From NCBI GenBank assembly GCA_016218805.1, contig JACRCW010000085.1, forward strand, positions 62,001-126,000: 64,000 nt of DNA. The letters run 5' to 3'. The stretch comes from Deltaproteobacteria bacterium (GTDB taxonomy: Bacteria > Myxococcota > JACRCW01). The position numbers and the translations under genes were made by a program. Shown here piece by piece: positions 39,808-47,191 of this stretch (positions within the stretch are counted from its first letter, which is position 1; each line of letters starts with the position of its first letter). The notes under the pieces are model-generated. The model was given only the letters and a program-made list of their open reading frames with translations. It ran no database searches and had not been told where the DNA came from.

Positions 39808-40503
39808 CTACTGCACCGTCCACCGGAACACGGGGCTGGAAGTGTCGCCGAAGATCACGTTGCCGCTGTCCGTGCCCACTCCCACCGCACCGAACAACCA
39901 GTCCCCGGAATCCACGCCCGGTTGCACGGTGGCCTGCATCTGCACACAGCGCTCAGGCGCGGCGTTGGACAGCGCAAAGGGAACCAACACCTGCGGGCAC
40001 AACACCGTCACCGCCTGCGAGGTGAATGTCACGTCTTTCACCTCCACCGTGGCGCCCTGCACGGTGACCGTTCCCGCATCCCCCGTGTAACGCAGCAATA
40101 CCGCCACCTGCACCACGTCACCGGCGTGGACCACATCGGTGGCGGCCAGGTCATTGGTGATGGAGCCCAGGCACAGCGGTGGACCGCCGCTGGATGGCAG
40201 GTGCGCGCACACCCCCGCCGCGGCCGGCGCGCATGACAACAGGGTGGTGCACAGCCCGCCGGAGGACGACGAAGACGACGAGGACGAGCCGCCCGACGAT
40301 GAGGACGACGAAGACGACGAGGCGGAATCCCGCGGCCCGAGGGCCGGGATGGAGAAGCCCAGGCGGTTGTGACACTGCCCGTCGCGGCACTCCTGGTCGG
40401 GCGGGCAATCGGCGGGTGCGCCGCATGGTCCTTCGGGCAACGGGCACGCCAGTGAAACCACACCGGCACCAGCGAGTAAGAGCGCCAAACGCAACATCCT
40501 CAT
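39808..40503 (-). CDS. Hypothetical Cys-rich lipoprotein with a Ser-rich linker
   Basis: Lipobox SLAC; C..PADCP..QECRDGQC small domain; poly-Ser; ATGA overlap. Confidence 0.7.
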   Translation of the reverse strand: MRMLRLALLLAGAGVVSLACPLPEGPCGAPADCPPDQECRDGQCHNRLGFSIPALGPRDSASSSSSSSSSGGSSSSSSSSSGGLCTTLLSCAPAAAGVCAHLPSSGGPPLCLGSITNDLAATDVVHAGDVVQVAVLLRYTGDAGTVTVQGATVEVKDVTFTSQAVTVLCPQVLVPFALSNAAPERCVQMQATVQPGVDSGDWLFGAVGVGTDSGNVIFGDTSSPVFRWTVQ

Positions 40504-41315
40504 GGTGCCACCATCCCGGCCACCAGCAGCGCCGTCCCGGCCCCGCCCGCTGCCATGGTCACCAGCACCGCCGCGGCCGACGCCGCAAGCGCAAGCCAGT
40601 ACAGGCCGCCCCAGCCCACCCCGCGCGCGGGCATCCCCAGGAACGCGGAGGGAGCCACAAACATGAGACCCCACGCCGCCGCCGCGACGACGCCACCCAC
40701 CGCCGCGCCGACCCCGGCCACACCTCCACCCCCCAGCCCGAGGGCGCCGGCCACGCGCAACGCGCGTGCCAGCGTGGACGGACCGGCGGCAGCCGCGGCG
40801 TCGGCGGAGGGAGCGGCAGCACGGCGCGGTGGCGGCGGGCGCCCCTTGCCCGGCAGGCGCGCCTTGCCCAGCAACTCAAACACCAGGTGCGGCGCCTCCT
40901 CCAACAGCACGCTGTCACTGGCGCCTGCAATGGACGGGCTCATGCTGGCGCGAACGGAGGCGGAGCTCATGTCCACCACGGAGAGGTTGATGATCCAGCG
41001 GTCCCCCAGGCGGCCCACGGACCCCATGAGAATGAAATCCACGCCCAGCGCGCCGGCCAGCTGCGCCAGGCATGACGACGACTGGCACGCCATCAGTTCC
41101 TGCTGGCGTTCAAAACCGAGCACCGCCTCCAGCTCGCGCGTGCCAATGACGCGGCGCAACCGGCCGTCATCCCGCACCAGCGTGGTCACCTGCGAAGTCA
41201 CCAGGTCCGCGGTGTCCGCGCTGACGCCGGTGCGCGCCTGCAGGGGCAGCACCGCCATGCTGGGGGACTCGGGCACACCCGCAAGGGACAGGGCACACAA
41301 CAGCCAACCGGTCAT
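40500..41315 (-). CDS. Hypothetical exported protein with a CsgG/TolB-N-like domain and C-terminal hydrophobic helices
   Basis: MAVLPL..RTGV, ERQQELMAC.SSSCLAQLAGALGVD...GSVGRLG motif. Confidence 0.7.
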   Translation of the reverse strand: MTGWLLCALSLAGVPESPSMAVLPLQARTGVSADTADLVTSQVTTLVRDDGRLRRVIGTRELEAVLGFERQQELMACQSSSCLAQLAGALGVDFILMGSVGRLGDRWIINLSVVDMSSASVRASMSPSIAGASDSVLLEEAPHLVFELLGKARLPGKGRPPPPRRAAAPSADAAAAAGPSTLARALRVAGALGLGGGGVAGVGAAVGGVVAAAAWGLMFVAPSAFLGMPARGVGWGGLYWLALAASAAAVLVTMAAGGAGTALLVAGMVAP

Positions 41316-41329
41316 GGTCCCTGCTCCTG

Positions 41330-41902
41330 TCAGTACGGCCGGTGTCCCAAGTAGTTGCCGGGCGGATCGTAGTTGCACACCCAGAAGCGCCCGGCCATGG
41401 CGCCGCGGGTGCAGCGTGCGGTGCCGCAGCCCACCTCCGTGGTGGTGCGCCACACCAGCTGCGTGTAGTGGCCGCACTGCGCGCAACTGCACGCATTGGC
41501 CGCCAGGTCGTAGCAGGCGGCCTCCCCGGCCCACATCTCCACCACCGCGGTCGCCGTGGACGTCGGGTCGGAGGTCCAGGCGGCGTTCTCGCCCAGGTCA
41601 CCGCGCGCGGGATTGTGCGCCAGCTGTGAGCAGTCTGCCGCCAGCTGATTGGCCCAGCCCTGCGCCACGGCGGCGGCGGTCTCTGACCAGGTCAGCGTGC
41701 CCAGCGGCGGCGAGGGCGCGGGTGTGGCGCGCGCGCGCACCGCGTTGTGCGCGGCCACCATGCCTTCCATCCCGGCGGGCTCACCGGTGCCACCCGACGA
41801 CGACGATGCTGGGCCCGTCCCGCCCGTCCCGTCCGCGGTCCCGCACGCAACCAGCAGCAGGGCCAGTGCAGGCGCACCGCGCGTCACGCCGTAAACGGAC
41901 AT
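41330..41902 (-). CDS. CAP/SCP (PR-1-like) domain lipoprotein
   Basis: Lipobox LVAC; HNAVR, GEN, GHYTQLVW, VGCG, CNYDPPGN signatures. Confidence 0.92.
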   Translation of the reverse strand: MSVYGVTRGAPALALLLVACGTADGTGGTGPASSSSGGTGEPAGMEGMVAAHNAVRARATPAPSPPLGTLTWSETAAAVAQGWANQLAADCSQLAHNPARGDLGENAAWTSDPTSTATAVVEMWAGEAACYDLAANACSCAQCGHYTQLVWRTTTEVGCGTARCTRGAMAGRFWVCNYDPPGNYLGHRPY

Positions 41903-41909
41903 GGCGGGC

Positions 41910-43934
41910 TCAGTGGACCTCGGGGAACCGCGTGCGCCAGTTGGCGTCAACGTGCTGCATCAGCTCAATGAACGCCGTCTCAAACTGCGGGCCGTTCCCG
42001 TCCATGCCCTGGAAGTTGGAGTAGAAGTTGCCGGTGTGGCAGTCGTCTCCGTGGCATTCCCCGTCCGCAAACACCAGGATGAACTTCTGCATGTCACTCT
42101 CCGGCGTGATGCCGTCTGAGGACTGGAACTGGTAGGCCATGAACACAAAACCGCTGGCCACCAGGTCACGCGCGTTCTGTCCCTGCCCGTGCATGAAATA
42201 AATCACCGGGTAACGTTTCTCCGCGTTCTCCGGGTAGAAGTAGCCGGGCGGCAGCACCAGGCCAAAGGGCTGCTCGCGCCCCAGCGCGGCGGACGGGTAG
42301 ACCAGGTTGAGCAGGTGCGCCCCAAACCCGTCCGGGTGGTCATCAAACGCGGAGTCGCTGTTGATGTACGTGCGGTCACCGAACGGCATGCGCGCATCCA
42401 CAAACGCAAACAGCGTGAGCAGCCGGTCAATGACTTGGTTGGCGGGCCCCACGTGGTTGCCGCTGCCAAACTGCGAATCACTGCCGGGGCAGATGTCCGG
42501 GTCGCCGTAGAGCAGGTATGCGTTCTTGCCCAGGTTGGCCTCAGAGAAGTCCACCTTGGTGAAGCTGTACGTGTTGCCGTCCGGCAGGTTACCCAGGTCC
42601 GCAAAGTCCCGGTATTGGCGGCTGTCCGGCTGCCGCGCCTTGATTGCGCCAAACAGGTGATTGGTGACCTGCGCGCTGTTGATGAAGTCACGGATGCCGG
42701 CGTCCATCCAGATGTCCAGGCGGTTGGCCATGGCATCATCCATGCGCTCATACCAGCGCGTGGGGCTGTCATGGAGGGCGCGTTCCAGCGACGGCGTCAT
42801 GGTGAGCACGCCGTCCCCCTCGCCAAAGTCACCGGTGCCCGGGATTCCGTCCAGGCCCACGTCGTCAAACGGCTCGCCCTCATCCCAGCGCGCATTGGCC
42901 TCCAGCCCGTGCGGGTTGGCCAGGTAGTCGTAGTCGTCCCCGGCGTCGTCGCCTGCCTCGCCCGGCGCCTTTCCGTCCGTGCCCACGTCACGGTACGGCT
43001 CGTGGCCCATGAACAGCACGGGTTCGCCCCAGTCACGCTTGTTGTTGCGGTTGTAGTCCACGGCCAGCAACACCTCGGTGGGGAGGTTCATGGGCTTGGT
43101 GGGGTCCACGTCGCCCTCGCACTCGTCGCAGTCACAGAAGGTGATGACGGGGTATTCGCCCGTGGGGTTCCACAGGTAGTGGCGGAAGTTGGTGAGCACG
43201 GTGGGGTTGGCGCACAGCGCGGCGCGGGCCGCTGCGCGCGCCGAGCTGTCCAGGCCCGGTGCAACGCGGCCGCTCAGCGGCACGCCCGGGGGCAGGTAGG
43301 GATTGTCCGGGTTGTAGAAGGCGATGTTGCCATAGGTGGAGAAGATGTCCTGGATGATCTCCACCAGGCCCGGCCGCTTGAACCCGCCGCCGCGGCCCAC
43401 GTCCGGCCCGCGGTACCAGTGGTTGAAGTCCGAGCGGAACATCCAGCACTGGCTGTCCGGCTCTGCCAGCGGGCCGGGGATGTCCGCGCCGTGCACGCCG
43501 CACCACAGCCCGGGCGTGGCGGGTTCATTGAGGACGTCAGGATTGCTGCTGTTGTTCATGATGCCCAGCAGCGTCTCGCGGTCACAGAAACCGCCCAGGT
43601 GGTTGGTCTTCAGCATCTCATAGAACGAATCAAAGTCACTGAACGGCGTGCCCATCACGCCCACCGCGTCAAACAGTTCCGGGTAGTGGAACGCCACGCG
43701 CGCGGCGCTGCCGCCGCCCATGCTGACGCCGCCAATGGCCCGGTAGGTGTAACAGCGCTGGCCCGTTTCCAACGGTTTGCCCGCCTCCAGTGTGGCGCCG
43801 GTGCAGGACTTGAGGCCCTGGGACTGCTGGTACACCGGGGGCGGGGCCTGGCCCGATGACGACGAGGAGTTGCCGTCGGGCTGGGTGCAGGCAAACAGGG
43901 GCAAGGCAAGGAGCAGGGGCGAGTGGCGACGCAT
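41910..43934 (-). CDS. Lipoprotein, circularly permuted esterase (PF00756-like alpha/beta hydrolase) with acidic Ca-binding-like insertions
   Basis: Lipobox LFAC; AIGGVSMGG..HYPELF near the N-terminus; DAGIRD and GNH in the middle; LPPGY..YPVIYFMHG..ILVFAD..ELMQHVD at the C-terminus. Confidence 0.8.
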   Translation of the reverse strand: MRRHSPLLLALPLFACTQPDGNSSSSSGQAPPPVYQQSQGLKSCTGATLEAGKPLETGQRCYTYRAIGGVSMGGGSAARVAFHYPELFDAVGVMGTPFSDFDSFYEMLKTNHLGGFCDRETLLGIMNNSSNPDVLNEPATPGLWCGVHGADIPGPLAEPDSQCWMFRSDFNHWYRGPDVGRGGGFKRPGLVEIIQDIFSTYGNIAFYNPDNPYLPPGVPLSGRVAPGLDSSARAAARAALCANPTVLTNFRHYLWNPTGEYPVITFCDCDECEGDVDPTKPMNLPTEVLLAVDYNRNNKRDWGEPVLFMGHEPYRDVGTDGKAPGEAGDDAGDDYDYLANPHGLEANARWDEGEPFDDVGLDGIPGTGDFGEGDGVLTMTPSLERALHDSPTRWYERMDDAMANRLDIWMDAGIRDFINSAQVTNHLFGAIKARQPDSRQYRDFADLGNLPDGNTYSFTKVDFSEANLGKNAYLLYGDPDICPGSDSQFGSGNHVGPANQVIDRLLTLFAFVDARMPFGDRTYINSDSAFDDHPDGFGAHLLNLVYPSAALGREQPFGLVLPPGYFYPENAEKRYPVIYFMHGQGQNARDLVASGFVFMAYQFQSSDGITPESDMQKFILVFADGECHGDDCHTGNFYSNFQGMDGNGPQFETAFIELMQHVDANWRTRFPEVH

Positions 43935-44038
43935 GGGCACCGTATACACGCGCCCCACGCGGACGTCGAAGGGCCGCACCCACGTCTTGACCCGGTGGTG
44001 GAACCCTCTCTACACGGCACCGCCCACGAGGAGTCCGC

Positions 44039-44797
44039 ATGCCGCAGCCGTTGCCGTCCCACGCCCCTGCCGTCACGCCGCTCAAGCGTCCCTACACGTT
44101 GTCCGTGGTGATCCCCGTCTACAACGAGAAGGCAACGCTGCAGACGCTGGTGGAGCGGGTGCTGGCGGTGGACCTGGGAGCGGACGCGCGCAAGGAACTC
44201 ATCCTGGTGGATGATGGCAGCACGGACGGGAGCCGGGAGATTGCGGAGGCGCTGCAGGACAAGCACGCCGGCACCGTGCGCGCGTGCCCGCAGCCGCACA
44301 ACCAGGGCAAGGGCGCGGCGCTGCGGCGCGGCATTGCAGAGGCCACCGGGGACCTGGTCATCATCCAGGACGCGGACCTGGAGTACGAGCCGGGCGAGTA
44401 TCCCGTGCTGCTGGCGCCCATCCTGGATGGCCGCGCGGACGTGGTCTACGGCAGCCGCTTCCTGTCCGGTGCGCACCGCGTGTTGTACTTCTGGCACAGC
44501 CTGGGCAACACGTTCTTCACCACGCTGTCCAACATGCTGACGGACCTGAACCTGACGGACATGGAGACCTGCTACAAGGTCTTCCGCGGGGAGATCATCA
44601 AGTCCATCACCATAGAGTCAGACCGGTTCGGGTTTGAGCCGGAGGTGACCGCCAAGCTGGCGCGCCTGCCCGGCATCCGCATCTACGAGGTGCCCATCAG
44701 CTACAACGGCCGCACCTACGATGAGGGTAAGAAGATCAACTGGAAGGACGGCGTGGCGGCGGTGTGGTGGATTGGCCGCTTCAACCTCTGGAAGTGA
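44039..44797 (+). CDS. Glycosyltransferase family 2 (DPM1-like)
   Basis: VIPVYNE, VDDGSTDG, NQGKGAA, QDADLEY, DMETCYK, EVPISY.GR. Confidence 0.93.
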   Translation: MPQPLPSHAPAVTPLKRPYTLSVVIPVYNEKATLQTLVERVLAVDLGADARKELILVDDGSTDGSREIAEALQDKHAGTVRACPQPHNQGKGAALRRGIAEATGDLVIIQDADLEYEPGEYPVLLAPILDGRADVVYGSRFLSGAHRVLYFWHSLGNTFFTTLSNMLTDLNLTDMETCYKVFRGEIIKSITIESDRFGFEPEVTAKLARLPGIRIYEVPISYNGRTYDEGKKINWKDGVAAVWWIGRFNLWK

Positions 44798-44803
44798 GCG
44801 GCC

Positions 44804-45829
44804 TCAGACCTGCGGGGGCGTGTTGTCCCCGCCCATGCGCGCGCCGGGCGCCTTCTCCGCGGCGGTGCGGTGGTGCGTGACGCGGCCTGCGTGGATGACG
44901 TTGGACCGCATGCGGAAACCCACCACCTGCTCCGCCATGCGCCCCAGCTCAATGAGCCGGTCCACGTCAATCCCCGTGCTGACGCCACACTCCTCCAGCA
45001 TGGCAATGAGGTCCTCCGTGCACGTGTTGCCCTTGTGGCCCAGGTGGTAGAGCGCAGCGCCGCTGGCCGGTTGCCCGCCAATGGCGCCCAGGCTGCCGTC
45101 TATCCACCGGATGCCCAGGCTGGCCGCCACGTATGAGTTCACCACGCCGGTGCCGCGCGTGTCATGGAAGTGCGCCAGGAACTCCGTCTTGGGGAACCTG
45201 GTCAGCAGGTGGGTGAGGCGCCGCTCCGCCTGGGCCGGGTTGGCCGTCCCCGTGGTGTCACCCAGCATGAGCAGCGAGGCGCCGTTGTCCGAGTAGAACC
45301 GGGTCAGCTTGTCAATGGGCTCCTGCGGCACGTCACCCATCACCGCGCACCCGTAGACGGTGCCCACGCACCCCACCACCTCCACGCCCTTGGCAATGGC
45401 GCGCTTCATGATCGCCGCGTGTTCGGCCATGGCCTCGTCGTGCGTCATGCGGAAGTTGAGCTTGTTGTGATCCTCGCTGGCGGAGATCATCAGGATGATC
45501 TTGTGCGCAAAGAATCCCTCGTCAATGCAGCGTTCCAGGCGTTCCCAGCCCTTCATGTTGGGCATCAGGATGCGGAACTTCACGCCGTCAGGCCGGCGCA
45601 CCGTCTTGAGGAGTTGCTCGGCGTCAGCAAACTGCGGCAGCAGCTTGGGATGGCTGAAGCTGGTCAGCTCCATTTCCCGGATGCCCGCGTCCATCATGCC
45701 GTGGAGCATCTGGAGCTTCTGCTCCGTGGGAATCAGCGTGGAGATGGACTGCAGCCCATCGCGCGCCCAGCACTCGCAGAAGTTGATGTTCGCGGGGAGG
45801 TTGCCGGAGATCTTTGACATCGTGGCCAT
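44804..45829 (-). CDS. DRE-TIM metallolyase, HMG-CoA lyase-like
   Basis: RDGLQ, DTTG.ANP, HFHDTRG, GN..TED. Confidence 0.85.
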   Translation of the reverse strand: MATMSKISGNLPANINFCECWARDGLQSISTLIPTEQKLQMLHGMMDAGIREMELTSFSHPKLLPQFADAEQLLKTVRRPDGVKFRILMPNMKGWERLERCIDEGFFAHKIILMISASEDHNKLNFRMTHDEAMAEHAAIMKRAIAKGVEVVGCVGTVYGCAVMGDVPQEPIDKLTRFYSDNGASLLMLGDTTGTANPAQAERRLTHLLTRFPKTEFLAHFHDTRGTGVVNSYVAASLGIRWIDGSLGAIGGQPASGAALYHLGHKGNTCTEDLIAMLEECGVSTGIDVDRLIELGRMAEQVVGFRMRSNVIHAGRVTHHRTAAEKAPGARMGGDNTPPQV

Positions 45830-45941
45830 CGGTGCGCCCTCGCGGAAAACGTCCGTCCAACCCGGAAGGACGGGCTTCCATAGCAACGCGCTGCGCGAGT
45901 TTGAAGCGCGGCCCGCAGGATCCGGCGACCCAAGGGGTCCC

Positions 45942-46439
45942 TCAGTGGCTGCGCGTGGTGGCGGTGCAGACCAGCCCCTCCCCCGACGCCAGGGCGTGCC
46001 AGTACCAGCCGGTTACGTCCGGGAAGGCCGTCCCGTCGTCACAGGTGATGCGCTCGCGGTAGGTGACGGTGATGCCGGCCCGGCGGGCCGTGCCGCCGCC
46101 CCACGCGCGCCCCGTGGGGTCCAGGCGGGTGGCCCCTGGCACCACGTCAAACCCGGCGGCGCGCAGGCACTCCGCGGATGAATGCAGCGCGCGCGAAGCA
46201 CCGTGGACGCGGCGCACCAGCACGGCCTCCTCCCCGTCCACGTAGCGGGCCACCGCGCCCGGGAAGCGGGCCAGGTGGCGGGACTCGTCCTCAGACAGGG
46301 GCACCACCCGCGCGCCGGCGGGAACCAGCGTTGCATCCCACGCCGCAGCCGCGGCGGCTGCGGGTCCGGGCGCGCCGCCCAGCCAGGGCGCCACCGCCGC
46401 CATCAGGCAGGCTGCCGCGAATCCGGTGACATCCCGCAT
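45942..46439 (-). CDS. Exosortase-associated protein (EpsI-like substitute)
   Basis: Overlaps the exosortase 3' end; FPG.VARY, R.LHSSAECLRAAGF, DV..WYW; N-terminal hydrophobic segment. Confidence 0.65.
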   Translation of the reverse strand: MRDVTGFAAACLMAAVAPWLGGAPGPAAAAAAAWDATLVPAGARVVPLSEDESRHLARFPGAVARYVDGEEAVLVRRVHGASRALHSSAECLRAAGFDVVPGATRLDPTGRAWGGGTARRAGITVTYRERITCDDGTAFPDVTGWYWHALASGEGLVCTATTRSH

Positions 46440-47191
46440 GCTGCGCCTCCCTTCCCCACCCACGCGACCGCCCCGAGCACGACGGCGAACACGACCAGGC
46501 CGACAGACTGGTGCACCCACGACGGGACGGACCCACGCGTCTCCGCCATGAACAGCGCCGACGCGCGCAGGGCGTTGCCGCCGACGACGATGAGCAGCGC
46601 CCCCGCCCCCACCAGGCCGGTGCGGCCCCAGCCCCACCCGCCGCGCGCCGCCATCAGCGCCACCAGCCACGCCGTCAGGCCCATCATCCGCAAGCCGGCG
46701 CACGGCGCATCCACGCACGCCGTGCCCGCGGCCCCGCGCAGGCACGTGCCTTCCAGCACCACGGCGTCTCCGGCAAACCCCGCCAGCACCGCCGCGGCGC
46801 GCGCGGCCACCACCCGCAGCGGCCACCCAACCAGGAAGTCCGCCGTGGCCAGCCAGGGCAGCGCGCACAGGGCCAGGAGCACCAGGCCCGCAGACGCGCG
46901 GCGCCCGTCACGCAGGGCGCTGACGGTGCACGCCAGCGAGGTGGAGGCCAGTGCGCAGCTGGCAATGCCGGGCACGCGTCCCCACGTCAGGGCAAACGCA
47001 CCCACCAGCAGCGCCGGCAGCAGCAGCGGCCGGGTGGGCGGCGGCGGGGCCGTGCGCCGGAGTGCCAGGGTGAACAGCGTGCCCAGGCACAGCCAGGCCA
47101 GGACGGCCTGCTCGTCGTCATAGCGGACCGCGCAGCGCGCCCACGCCGCCCACAGGGACGCCGCCTGCACCGCCACAACCGCCGCGGTCAC
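46403..47191 (-). CDS. Exosortase/archaeosortase-family membrane protease
   Basis: About eight TM segments; triad motifs VDAPCAGLR (Cys), GNALRA (Arg), WVHQSVG (His); GTGA overlap with the target gene. Confidence 0.85.
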   Translation of the reverse strand: MTAAVVAVQAASLWAAWARCAVRYDDEQAVLAWLCLGTLFTLALRRTAPPPPTRPLLLPALLVGAFALTWGRVPGIASCALASTSLACTVSALRDGRRASAGLVLLALCALPWLATADFLVGWPLRVVAARAAAVLAGFAGDAVVLEGTCLRGAAGTACVDAPCAGLRMMGLTAWLVALMAARGGWGWGRTGLVGAGALLIVVGGNALRASALFMAETRGSVPSWVHQSVGLVVFAVVLGAVAWVGKGGAACGMSPDSRQPA

